Of a stretch of 64,000 bases of DNA, positions 50,500-62,365 are shown piece after piece. The position numbers and the translations under genes are program-made. The stretch's first letter is position 1. Every line of letters begins with the position of its first letter. Origin of the DNA: Octopus sinensis (taxonomy: Eukaryota); NCBI RefSeq assembly GCF_006345805.1, contig NC_043022.1, positions 17,174,001 to 17,238,000 of the forward strand, written 5' to 3'. The notes below the pieces were generated by a model that worked only from the letters and a program-made list of their open reading frames with translations, made no database searches and was not told where the DNA came from.

Positions 50500-51300
50500 A
50501 GACGATAGTGATCGCCATAACAGACGATAGTGATGATGAAGCTGATATAAGCCAACAAGACATACTTTGTCAAACAGATTTGGCTCACGAAAATGCTTGT
50601 TTACCCCAGCTAAAACCTGAATTTAACAGAGTTTTAAATAAGGTAAGAAAAATTTCAAAACTTTACCGTAAATCTACAAAAAATGAAATTTTGCAAGATT
50701 TTGTACGAGCGAACTTTGATAACAGAGAATATAAACTTATACTGGATTGCAGAACTCGGTGGAATGGCACATTCCATATGATTGAGAGATATTTGAAATT
50801 GAAAAGCTGCATTCCAAAAGATCTACGTGCAGAACTTTCCAAGATGCCGTCGCTGACGAAGAATGGAAATCTCTCAATTTACTATATGAAATTCTGCATT
50901 CAGTAGAAATTATTTTGAAGGCTATTTGCGCTGACGATACGGGTTTACTGAAAGCAGAATATTCTATAGAATTTTTATTGAATAAACTTAATATCATCGG
51001 CAACCCTTTGGCTCTAAATCTTCGTGAAAGACTTATGCATAGATATAATAAGAGAAGAAATGTCGAAACCTTGATTTTCTTGAGGTATTTAGATAACCCA
51101 AGGAAATTTAAAGGTGAGTCAATTTCTGGACATTTTCTATTTTTTAACGAAACAACATTTAAGGGAGTATGCTGAACAAACATATAGGAGATTATTTCCT
51201 GAACATGATGCTGAGAACACAACAGAATTATACAAAGAAAATGAAATAAGGGAACCTAGAAACAAATGTTACTGTTGTCCCATCTTCTTATGAAGGTAAT
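50500..51300 (+). pseudogene. hAT (Ac/Hermes-like) transposase remnant
   Basis: KVRKISKLYRKS...LILDCRTRWNGTFHMIERYL motif, broken by frameshifts. Confidence 0.8.
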
Positions 51301-51376
51301 GGACTCATTCGTGAATACACAAGCACAATGAAGAGCCCGAGATGGTAACAGATGGATTTGAAATTTCTAAAGAATT

Positions 51377-51548
51377 CGGGTACTATTTAAGAAGAGTGAT
51401 CCCGGTGCGCGCACTCGCGCTAGCTAGTCGTGACTAGTCGATCCTACAACGACTACCTAGCAAAGTAAATAAAACACAAAGGATCGACTAGTCACGACTA
51501 GCTAGCGCGAGTGCGCGCACCGGGGCCACTCTTCTTAAGTAGTACCCG
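51377..51548. mobile_element. CpG-rich MITE, short member of the 30175 family in opposite orientation
   Basis: ~68-bp TIRs (gggtacta...gatcct) with 3 mismatches. The internal caaagtaaataaaac is the reverse complement of gttttatttactttg in the 30.2 kb copy. Confidence 0.85.
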
Positions 51549-51929
51549 CGAAAACCGGTTTTGAGAATTACTTATTCTTGAACTCGGTTTTGGGAATTAT
51601 CGGTCTCAAAGCAACGAAAATATTTTGACAAATTAAATTTAAATGTTGAGGCTTATAAACACCTTCCACGCTGCAATTGTTTTCGTTCCAGCACACGATC
51701 TCAGATCAGGTCACTTGATATGCAAGTACATCTCCGTAAATCTTTATTATTAATTTCTACAAAAAAAAAAAAAAAAAAATGATGCGATTTTCGCCATCAG
51801 CAAAACTACATTAGAACCATATTCTTTGAAAATGACCTGGTACAATTTGAAAAACTTGAAGTCATTGGAAGAAATTTTACGCGATTCTGAGGTAGGTACT
51901 CGGAAATCATAGGAGAGGGTAAGATAAAA

Positions 51930-52070
51930 TTGATCTCCAATTACCCGGGGCTGGGCATGGATGGGCGGGCGGGGGGTAATTGGAAATCAATTTCGATTCC
52001 CCACCCCTTCACCCCTGAGAAATGTTAAGCGAGGTCACCTGAATGGAAATCTCCCTCGCTATCCTCCGGG
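51930..52070. promoter_or_regulatory. GC-rich island upstream of gene 3: 17-bp inverted repeat around a G-quadruplex-type tract with GC boxes, and a kappaB-like site
   Basis: ttgatctccaattaccc pairs with gggtaattggaaatcaa around GGGG-ct-GGG-catggat-GGG-c-GGG-c-GGGGGG. GGAAATCTCCC at 52045-52055. Function is inferred. Confidence 0.35.
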
Positions 52071-52127
52071 GTAATGCCTTTCCCATTTTCTCTGTTGGTG
52101 CCAAGAGAAATGTTAAAATATGATAGA

Positions 52128-52658
52128 AAGCTGTATACAGCTATGGTACGACCACACTTGGAATTCGCATCATCAGTTTGGAACCCCTATCTTGCTCAGA
52201 ACATTGACCTCCTGGAATCTGTCCAGAGACGTGCAACCAAACGCATACCCTCCATCAGACACCTACCATATTCTGAGCGCCTTGTTTCCCTGGGCATGGA
52301 TTCACTGAAGCTCCGGCGTCTGGCGACGGACTTGGTAAACACCCACAAAGTTATCAACCACCTCACCAACAACAACACTGAACACCTTTTTGATCTCCAT
52401 GTGTCTAACACACGTGGACATGCCTACAAAGTCAGAAAACAATACAGCTCCCATGACTTTCGGAAACATTTTTTCACGCTCAGAGTTGCTGAAGCATGGA
52501 ATAAACTGCCTGCGTCAGTTGTTGACTGCCATGACACTGCATCCTTTAAGGCCCTCATGCTTTCCGAAATCCGCCGAAACTACACCTGGTTATATATACA
52601 CTTTAGATGAGTTGTAGTGCACCTGAGCACTGTACACAATTATTATTATTATTATTAT
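52128..52658 (+). mobile_element. CR1 LINE 3' end (young copy), ~260 bp upstream of the gene 3 ATG
   Basis: Near-identical to the 28.3 kb copy, with an (ATT)n tail. Confidence 0.9.
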
Positions 52659-52919
52659 AAAGTGGCCTTTATGCGAAGGTAAAGAATACGAACACCCGGT
52701 GTTAAGTGTTAGGGTTTTTGTTACGCCGAAAACGGTTGGCCTGCGTATTCTTTACCTCCACCATGCTTTACTTAAACTATTTGTTATTCTATATTCACAT
52801 TATATTGCCATTTTTGTTGTCGCTGCACCAGTCTTTGAGAAATTATCTGAATTGCAAATCCGGAAGTAATGGACTAATTTTTCGTGCTCTACTTCGTGCT
52901 TTTTACACCGTTTTTCAAA

Positions 52920-54746
52920 ATGGAGGTTTACGTGAGACTTCGGCCACAAATTATCCAGAATCTCACTCAAATCGATGATGTTCTGGATTATTTACAGTCT
53001 GATGGTCATATCACAACTAGAAATTACGAAACTATAAAATCACAAAATACAGAAAGCAACAGCATTCGGAAAATGTTGGAGATTTTACAAAAAAGAAATT
53101 GTTTACCTGAAACGTTCATCAAGATTCTTTCCGAAACAGGAAACGAATCTTTAAAGAAACAATTCCAAGAATACTTTACGAAAATGGGAAGAGAAGTTGA
53201 CCAAGAAAAACCAAAGCCACAAGCAAGAGACAAAAGGAAAATATTTATTCTGGAAGGTATGGACACAGACGAAAAATTACGTGAATGTTTTTCAAGAAGT
53301 AATCCAAACTGGGAAGTGTCTTTTATTTTTGGTTCTATAACCAAATTAAAGGAGGAAATTGCTTCCTTACCAGAGAATAAGTTCAGTTATTTTGATATAA
53401 TTGTTGTATGTGATGAAGACTATAAATATATTACTAATAAAAGTCTGAAAACAATTTTGCCTCGTATTGAAAAAGAACTCTTACCAAAGTTTCCACCGAG
53501 CATCAGCACTTTTTTGATTATTGTTGATGTGAATGATGATAATGGTTATGTTTTTCATTCCGACACAAAACCTGTGAGTTTTGGTGATGCTCAGATTCGC
53601 AAACCAGTCTTTAGAATATTGAAAACAAAGTTCTTGCATGGATTCCTAGAAGCTTTCTTTAAAAGTGAGGAAACGTTCAATATTTTCATTGATAAAAAAT
53701 TCCTATCGGAAAAAAGTCTTGTAGATAATAAACCAGTAGAAGAAACAACAGACAAAAGGAAAATATTTATTGTGGAAGGTCTGGAACAAGACGAAAAATT
53801 ACACAAACATTTTGCAGAAAGAAATCCAGACTGGGATGTGTCTTTTCTTTTAAACCAAAAGTCGTTAATGCAACAAATTACTTCCATAGCTCTGAATGAA
53901 TTTAGTTATTTTGATATTATTGTTCTATGTGATGAAGAGGGTAACCATATTACTAATGAAAGTCTGAAAACAATTTTGGCTCGTATTGAAAAAGAACTCT
54001 TACCAAAGTTTCCACCAAGCATCATCGCATTTTTGATAATTGTTGATGGGAATGATGATAACGGTTATGTTATTCATTCCGACACAAAACCTGTGAGTTT
54101 TGGTGATGCTCAGATCCCCAAACCCGTCTTCAGAATAGTGAAAAAGAATATTTTTGAAGACTACATAGAAACTTTCTTCAGACACGAGGAAATGTTCAAT
54201 ATCTTCATTGCTAAAAAATTCGATTTGGAAAACAATTTTATGAAAAATAATCCATCGGAAGGAAAAACAGATAAAAGGAAAATATTTATTGTGGAAGGTA
54301 TGGAACAAAACGAAAAATTGCACGAACATTTTTCAAGAGATATTCCAGACTGGGATGTGTCTTTTATTTTTAGCCATGAGTCGTTAATGGAACAAATTGC
54401 TTCCATACCTCTGAATGAATTTAGTTTTTTTGATATTATTGTTGTATGTGATGAAGACTCTAATGAGATTACTAATGAAAGTCTGAGAACAATGCTATCC
54501 AAATATCCAACAAGCATCATCACATTTTTGATAACTGTTAATGAGATGGATGATAACAAAACTGAATCTCAGCCTGAGATTAACAATGATACTGAGGGTG
54601 TGATTGCATTATTGAAAAGGGAGTTTTTCCCTGAATTCTGGGATTCTTTCATTAAAAGTAAGGAAATGTTCAATGTTTTCATTCGAAAAGCTGATACAAG
54701 AAAACACCTAAGAATACAAGTTCATGGAAGAGAAAAACTTTTGTGA
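52920..54746 (+). CDS. CARD + 3 caspase-like modules (paralogue 3, 608 aa, single coding exon)
   Basis: Intact ORF from MEVYVRLRPQ. Module starts at 53232, 53754 and 54273 (522 and 519 bp spacing, as in the first units of gene 2). The 3' flank is homologous to that of gene 2. Confidence 0.9.
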   Translation: MEVYVRLRPQIIQNLTQIDDVLDYLQSDGHITTRNYETIKSQNTESNSIRKMLEILQKRNCLPETFIKILSETGNESLKKQFQEYFTKMGREVDQEKPKPQARDKRKIFILEGMDTDEKLRECFSRSNPNWEVSFIFGSITKLKEEIASLPENKFSYFDIIVVCDEDYKYITNKSLKTILPRIEKELLPKFPPSISTFLIIVDVNDDNGYVFHSDTKPVSFGDAQIRKPVFRILKTKFLHGFLEAFFKSEETFNIFIDKKFLSEKSLVDNKPVEETTDKRKIFIVEGLEQDEKLHKHFAERNPDWDVSFLLNQKSLMQQITSIALNEFSYFDIIVLCDEEGNHITNESLKTILARIEKELLPKFPPSIIAFLIIVDGNDDNGYVIHSDTKPVSFGDAQIPKPVFRIVKKNIFEDYIETFFRHEEMFNIFIAKKFDLENNFMKNNPSEGKTDKRKIFIVEGMEQNEKLHEHFSRDIPDWDVSFIFSHESLMEQIASIPLNEFSFFDIIVVCDEDSNEITNESLRTMLSKYPTSIITFLITVNEMDDNKTESQPEINNDTEGVIALLKREFFPEFWDSFIKSKEMFNVFIRKADTRKHLRIQVHGREKLL

Positions 54747-55031
54747 ATCTTGGATTTTTAACTGATAAATTAACATTTTATTATATACTAAAAGCTAATT
54801 AACACGGGCTAAAATTAAGAATGGCACAAATTCCCTTTAATATTGCAGAATCACAGACAATAATAAATTGTTGTTTTATGGCATTTGGAAACTAAACAAA
54901 TATAAGGTTTATATTAGATTTAATCCGACTAAAATATATTTCAGTGGCGTAAATATTTTTTGTTCTTATCTTTCATATGTTTGGGTTTTTTTTCTTTTCT
55001 AATTGAGTGTACCTACACACACACACATACA

Positions 55032-55879
55032 TACACCCAGAACCATGCTAATAGTTTAGGAGTGAAATTTAAGATTTCTTGGTTTTCTGTGAATCAGTTT
55101 TGATGGAACTTTTCCCAGCAGGTTGCACAATATGGCAACACCATTCTTATACTTTCGTTATTCTCTGTAATGTCCTTTTTTTATTTCATAAATATTGATG
55201 ACGTTCTTCTCCAAAACAGATCAAACCGTTTGCCCCACTGTCAGGGGTCTGGTTCCATCAGTGAACACAACTCATGTCTAACATCATGTACTTTTGGGCC
55301 TCAAACTCCTGTGACGGGGCATTAAAGGAGGCAGCATCAGGGGTTCTCTCACTGAAGCCTTGCTCCAGAGGATGTGATTTCTGATGGTTTTCGGTACATG
55401 AGGAAGTTTGGAGACGGTGAAAATGGCTTTGCTTGTTTGTCCAGGTTTCCCACATAACTTGTGGCCAATATTCCTTAATTACCTGACTGTCACAGTCTTG
55501 GAGGTCCCACAATCGGATTGTTTCTTCCTTGGCAAAGGGTTCTTCAGGAATCATCTAACCATGTCCACATGACAGCCTTACTTTGCAATGACATGAAGAG
55601 AGGTGCCTTTAGCACTTTCCTTGATGACGACAGACTTTTCTTCATCATTAACGCCTTTTCTATGTCCCTTAGAGAGGAGGGACACTATTTGCATGGTTCA
55701 CCCAAAAACTGAAGAATCTAAAATAAAAAAGAAAGGACATTACAGAGAATAACGAAAGCATAAGAATGGTGTTGCCATAGTGTACAGACCAGCTGGGAAA
55801 AGTTCTATCAAAACTGATTCACAGAAAACCAAGAAATCTTAAATTTCACTGCTAAGCTATTAGCATGGTTCTGGGTGTA
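55032..55879. mobile_element. Non-autonomous Tc1/mariner-type element with ~160-bp TIRs
   Basis: TA|cacccagaaccatgctaatag...gtaatgtcc pairs with ggacattacag...ctattagcatggttctgggtg|TA, consistent with a TA TSD. Confidence 0.8.
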
Positions 55880-56059
55880 CATATGTTATACATAGGAAAT
55901 CCTTCTTTTCTCTGTTGAGGGCTTCTATGTCCCTTTATTAGACTATTTTCCTCAGTCATTGCATGGTGATCGCCATAAGCTTCAAGCTTATATAAATACC
56001 ATTATTATTATTTACAGGACTAAAATACGCCGCCATATATCAAAACCATTCTCATGGTC

Positions 56060-56520
56060 ATGTGGTGAGAATGGATAAGGATAGCTGTGTGAAAAAGTTC
56101 CACACCCTAGCGGTTGAGGGAACCTGTGGAAGAGGTAGACCTAGGAAGACCTGGGATGAAGTGGTGAAGCATGACCTTTGAACATTAGGCCTCACCGAGG
56201 CAATGACTAGTGACCGAGACTTTTGGAAATATGGTGTGCTTGAGAAGACTCACCAAGTACAAGTGAGACCATAACCTTGTGGCCTATGCCAGGGGTGTAA
56301 GCAGCCCACTTATGTGTGCCTTTCCTTCATTGGACACTAAACTCTGCTTGCGAAGACCTGTTGAGGCAAGTAAGATTGAAATCGAATTCAATGACTGGCA
56401 TCCATGCTAGTGGAGTGCTAAGAGCACCATCCAGGTGTGATCGTTGTCAGAGCGGCTAACTGGCTTCTGTGCCGGTGGCATGTAAAAAACACCATTCGAG
56501 CGTGATCGTTACCAGCATTC
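56060..56520 (+). mobile_element. RTE-type LINE 3' end
   Basis: GHVVRMDKDSCVKK...VEGTCGRGRPRKTWDEVVKHDL, a typical RTE C-terminus, followed by 3' UTR-like repeat sequence. Confidence 0.7.
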
Positions 56521-56965
56521 CTGGAACTCCTGTTTTGGAATAGCAAATGATTCCCTTCTCACATTCTTTTTTTTTACTTTTTTTTTTTTTTTTACTTTTT
56601 TTTTTTTTTCTCTTGGATTTCCACAACATCTTGAAATCTTGTTTGAGTTTTCCATTACAAAGACTGAGCCTTAATTTCAGGGTCATAGATTCACTATTTG
56701 TCATCTTATGGCCATATCTGAAAAGTTTCTTTCTTCCTCAACACAATCAAAGAGATCCTGCACAGCTGAAACTTGATCTTTCTGAGACAACCACATTCTA
56801 CACACTGGACTTCCAAGCACCGCTATGAACAATGGAAGTGAATGAGAACGTTGTAACTTAGTGTGAATTTGCAACAAAGTTTAAGGTCAATCTGTGCCAA
56901 GCAGCTTCACTCTGCGTATTTTAGCTGTTACCAAACAGAGCCTAATACTTTTTGATCAGACCTTA

Positions 56966-56997
<32 letters not shown>

Positions 56998-57349
56998 CAC
57001 ACCCACACACGTGCATAAGTGTGTGTAAAAGGGTAATGGTAAAGGCCCACTTCATTTATGAATGACCGTAGAATTGCACCTGGAAAATTCCACAAGTTCA
57101 GGCAATGTTGTTTACAGAAGACCAGCAATCACCTATGCATACCAATCTCCCCTCCCCGTGCCACCGATGTCATCCAAGGGGAAGGCAAAGGGGCCGAGAC
57201 AGCTGGGCACTAGTGATGTTGCAACTCATTTCTACACTTAAGTGAATTGGAAGAACATGAAATAAAGTGTCTTGCTCAAGAACACAACACACAGCCCAAG
57301 CTGGGAATCAAACTCACAACCTCATGACTGTAAGCTCGACACTCTAACC

Positions 57350-60093
57350 CATGGGTCACCAAACTACGGCCTACAGGCCAGGTCCAGCCCGCTGCCTTAT
57401 AATGAAAAAAATAAACATGCTTTTATACTGCTTCTTACACTTCTTTGATTACACGTGTCATATGTATACTGAGTCAGTCAGTTCATGTGCTGTGTATTTC
57501 ACCTGCCACATTAATTACATGTGCCTCGGACGAGTCAGTTATTAGTGATTGCAATTAAAACAAGAATATCTGACGCCGAGGCCTAAGACTGCTTTTGTTT
57601 TTTCTTCACCCTTCATTATGGCTACTAAGAAGAGAAAGGTTGATGATGAATGTTGCATTCTAAATAATAAAGAATGGGGAGAAATGTACTTCTTTGTGGA
57701 AACTATCGACCAGAAAGCTAGTTGCCTGATATGTTATGAAAGAGTACAATATTTGTCATCACTACAAAGCAAAACATCTCTCAACACATTCTAAATATTT
57801 TGGAAAGTTGCGGTCCGAGAAATTTGAATCTATGAAATGTAGTTTGGAATCTCAAAGTAATTTCTTTATGAAAAATTTTGCTGAAAATGAATCTATCACT
57901 CATGTAAGTTACAAAATAGTGAATAAGTTGGCAGAGTGAGGAAAACCATTTACTGACAGAAACTTTCTAAAAGAGTGCATGATGGAAGCAGCAAATGACT
58001 TGTGTCCTGAAAAAGCTAACATGTTTGGCTGTATCAGACTTTCAGCAAGTTCAGTTGTGCGGAGAATAGAAGAACTTGGAGAGAATATACAGTTACGGAT
58101 ACGTGAGAAAGCTAAGAAATTTTTGTGGTATTCTCCTGCAAGGGATGAGTCTGCTGGTCTCTCTAGAACATCACAACTTCTTGTGTCCATTTGTGGTTTT
58201 AATTGCAACTTTGAGATTATAGAAGAAATGGCATCCATTTGCAGTATACGTGGAACAACAACTGGCGAAGGTATTTTCATGGAGGTGCAGAAAACTTTGC
58301 AAAACGATAACCTTTAGTGGAATCAGCTTCGGTGTGTTACAGTCGATGGAGGAAAAAGCATGGCAGGAATGAGGAAGGGTTTGGTAGGGCGGATCCAGAC
58401 CAAATTGCAGGAGCTTCAACTTCTGAAAGCTCTGTTTATACACTGCATTATACATCAGCAAGCACTCTGTGGAAAATACTTAGATATTTCTTGTGTACTA
58501 AAACCGGTTACAACTGTGGTGAACTTTTTTCGGAATCATGGGCTTAATCAGCGACAGTTCCAGGCTTTCCTTGAAGAAATGGATTCTAATTTCTGTGACT
58601 TGCCTTACTACACAGAAGTGAGATGGCTCAGTTGCAGTAAAGTCCTGTTTCGTTTTTATAAGCTCCGAAGAGAAACAGATCCTTTTCTCACCGAAAAGAA
58701 TCGAGCTGATCCACAGCTGTCAGATCCTTCGTGGTTATCAAAGTTGTCGTTTTTAGTTGACGTCACTTCTCATACGAATGAATTGAATTTAAAACTGCAA
58801 AGAAAGAATAACCTTGTCTGTGATCTCTATAGAATTATTGCAGCATTTTGGAGAAGGCCATTATTGTTTGAAGCATGGCTTGAAGGAGAAAACTTCTCTC
58901 ATTTTCAGTGTTTTCAAGAGTTTTGCACAGAAAATGTGGAACATGTTAACCTTGAGTTTCAGAAAGAAATTATTCGGGTCTTAAATACGCATTTTTCTCA
59001 AAGATTTTAAAATCTTGGACAGAATTGAGAATGAAATCCTTTTGTTAGAGAATCCCTTTGATCTGTTCTCTTCATAACATGCCAACTGAACTACAACTGG
59101 AGCAAATTTTTTCAAAACTGAAATGTGTGAAGTCAATACATCAGACAAGGTTCACTGATAAATATTTGAAAGCAATTCTTATGGTTGGCTGCAGCAATAA
59201 TAAAGCAAACGTTGATGATATTTTATGCAATTCAGCTACATACCCACTTTTTCTAAAAATTCTTGTTTACTGCTTTTATTATTTTGCGCATTTTATAATA
59301 ATAAATAATAATGAAATTATTGTATACAGTGCTCAGGTGCACCACAACTTGTCAGAAAGTGCATATAAAGTACATGCAGTAGTGTAGAAATGTCTGGAAA
59401 GTGAACATGCTTGTGTGTGTATGGAGGGGAGAAAATCAAGTGTAGTGTTGGCGAATCTCAGGAAGCATGGAAGTCTTGAAGGAAACAGTGCTCCGACAAC
59501 TAACAATCGATGTCGGCAGTTTGTTCCATGCTTCAGCAACTCTCAGCGTGAAAAAATGTTTCCTGAAGTCATGGGAGCTGTGCTGTTTTCTTACTTTGTA
59601 AATATGTCCACGGGTGTTAGATGGGTGGAGTTTGAAGAGGTGCTCAGAGTTATTGTTTGTGCGATGGTTGATAATTTTATGGGTGTCTGCCAAGTCAGCT
59701 GCCAGACGTCGGAGTTTCAATGTGTCCATGCCCAGGGAAGTAAGGCGTTCAGGATATGGCAAATGCCTGATGGAGGGTATTCTTTTGGTTGGGCAAGATA
59801 GGGGTTCCAGACCGGTGATGCAAATTCCAGGTGAGGTCCTACCATAGCTATATAAAGCCGCAGATAGATAGCCGGAGAGCGGCTCACAAAGGATTTGGTG
59901 AGTGATGCCAAGACACCCTCAGCCTTCTTGACAATTTTATGTATTGCTAAATAAATAGGTTGACTGTCTTTATCGTTTGTGTACATTCAGTGTATTCTAT
60001 GTTGTACTTAATTGAACAAAATATTTATCCGGCCCACCCTTGGCATTCTTTTAGCTATATCTGGCCCACTATGATAAAAGTTTGGTGACCCAT
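57350..60093 (+). mobile_element. hAT Charlie/SPIN-like (GTF2IRD2-type) transposon with both TIRs; pseudogenised and internally deleted
   Basis: TIR ATGGGTCACCAAACT at 57351 and its reverse complement at 60079-60093. Fragmented transposase: KKRKVDDEC, CLICYE, DESAGLSRTSQL, HCIIHQQALC, EVRWLS. CR1 nested at 59.3-59.95 kb. No TSD is evident. Confidence 0.85.
59320..59950 (-). mobile_element. CR1 LINE 3' end, diverged subfamily, nested in the hAT element
   Basis: GPHLEFASPVWNP...TRGHIYKVRK...FFTLRVAEAWNKLP. Confidence 0.85.
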
Positions 60094-60879
60094 AGCTTCC
60101 CAAAGTGGGAGTTTTCAACTTGCAGGTGGGTGATGGGCAAATTTCTAGAAAATGGTGGGCGATGTGAACATTTCGTGGGTGACAATGAATTTTTAGAAAT
60201 CAAGTCTGCATTTACTGATATCTAAGCAAGCCTAGAATAAGGATGCACTTTTATCGATTTGACTACTTGTATTAAAAAAGTGGACTTATTTATCGATGAA
60301 ATATTTTTGTTGCACAGTCATTGAGGTGGTCGTCATATGAGCTAAAAATAGCAGCCAAATAGGCCTAGGCCTTAAATCACGTTTTTTTTTTGGTTTTTTT
60401 TTTGCATAATGGTAGTCCCTCAAAAAATTTCCGAAAACTCCGAAAAATAAAAAAGTTATGAGGAGTTACATGTTGTGTCTAATTCTGTGGTTTCATATCA
60501 AATCACAAGTGCTATTTTCAGGATGTTGACAAAATTTGCAATCCCGCACAAAATGACAGCTTTGAAATCGTATTTCTTGACTGGGTGAAAATGATCAAAC
60601 TTTAAACCTCTATAACTTTTTTAAAATGTTTTTTCTGGAAAAAGTTGAAGAACCCCAGCAATTTAGCTTGGAAAGCTACATTAATATGCCAAATTTTAAC
60701 ATTTTCAATAAACTTTAATTTTTGAAATGCTGGCAGCCAAACGAACTAGATCCGTATTTGCTCCAGTAAAGACGTGTCATCTGACTCTGCTCTATTGACT
60801 TCTCTTTGGGAATACCATACTACCTCTCTGACGCCGTCCACAGAAATTCGTTTTCACATTTTCACTTTACTGATGTTTC

Positions 60880-61460
60880 CAGTCAAGAGAATTTGTCGAC
60901 AGTACAGTAGTGTTTGTTTCAATATATTCCTTCTCCTCAGAACTGTCGGTTACCAATCTTCCTTCTTTGCCATCAAACATTGACCAACGAAGCAATTAAA
61001 CCTTCACGCTTGAAGTATCACTTTGTTGCAAAGCATTCTCACAAGAAGGACAAGCCGTTATCACACTTTTTGCAACTGAGCTCCTCTTTCAAAGAGCAAA
61101 CACAAACATTCAACACGCTGCTCCAGGAAACTAGTAAACGGGACAATGACGGGTTGATTGCATTGCTTGTTGCAAAGTCTGGGAAGTCTCACACAATTGG
61201 AGAAACATTACTTTGCCTGGTTATCAAAGAGGTTTTGTCAACCGTTATGCACGAATAACCCAATAACATTATGAAGAAGATCCCATTTAGTATTAACATG
61301 GTTTCTCAACACATTGATGAAATGGCTAACGGTGTCAAACATCAGCTCATTAATATCCTCCAGCATTCTGAATTTTCTATACAAGTGGATGAGTCAATTG
61401 TTGTGGACAATCAGTATTTGATGATGGTATATGTTCGATATTTCAGTGAAGACCTTCAGC
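60880..61460 (+). pseudogene. hAT Buster/ZBED5-type transposase fragment
   Basis: EAIKPSRLKYHF..KH, AKSGKSHTIGETL, IPFS.N.V..HIDEMA, EFSIQVDES...LMMVYVRYF. Confidence 0.85.
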
Positions 61461-61469
61461 CATTAACCA

Positions 61470-62365
61470 GCTTGGAAGAAGACCGTCGCAGAGAGGGAAG
61501 ACCTTCAAAATTGGATGAAGATATTTTGAAGGCAAAAACCGAAGAAAACTCAAATATCACGACTGAAGAACTTGCAGAAGAGTTGAAAGTTTCTAAAAGT
61601 ACTACTCATGAGCACTTAGTGAAGCTAGGATACATTTCTTGCTATAATGTATGGGTCCCTCACAAACTCTCAGAAAAGAATTGCTTGGACCGGTATTCCG
61701 TTTGCGGTGTGCTTTTGAAACAGAATGAAAGCATGCCTGTTTTGAAACAACTTGTGACTGAAGATGAAAAATGGACTGTGTACGAATGCATGGTGTGGAA
61801 AAGGGTCTCCCAAAACAATAACCAAAGATGACCATCCATGCCAAAAAAAGCTATGCTTTTTGTTTGGTGAGATCATAAAGGCCTCTCTTACAAAACCAGA
61901 CCGTTAATTCTGATGTGTACTGTCGTCAGCTGGCTAATTTGAGCCAAAACATCAAAGAATTGAGGCCAGAGATTGCCAACAGGAAAGGAGTAGTGTCCCA
62001 ACATGACTATGCCTGACCACATGTGTCTTGGGCTATTCGAACAAAGTTACATGAACCTGGCTGGCATCTCTTACCCCATCCACCACATTCTCCTGATATA
62101 GCGCCATCCAATTACCATTTGTTTTCGTCTTTACAGATCTCATTGCAAGGAAAAACATTCAACAATTTAGATGGAGTCAAAATGCATCTAGATAACTTTT
62201 TTCTTCAAAACCAAATTTTGTGCTGATGGAATATTTAAATTGCCTGAAAGAGGGTCAAAAGTCATTAATAATAATGGAAATTATTTCAATGAATAAAATT
62301 TATTGAAAGGGCAAATATTTATATCCCTTTTTTCATATTCAGAACTTTCCAGACAACCTGATAGA
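61470..62365 (+). pseudogene. Mariner (Mos1/Hsmar1-like) transposase remnant with right TIR
   Basis: GRPSKLDED..., WVPHKL, VTEDEKW, HPPHSPDIAPSNYHLF. Ends actttccagacaacctgata. Confidence 0.85.

Noticed and set aside
52074-52610. 178-aa ORF as a host gene (likewise 12656-13102, 28366-28833, 59436-59762)
   Set aside because: RT C-terminus of 5'-truncated CR1 copies.
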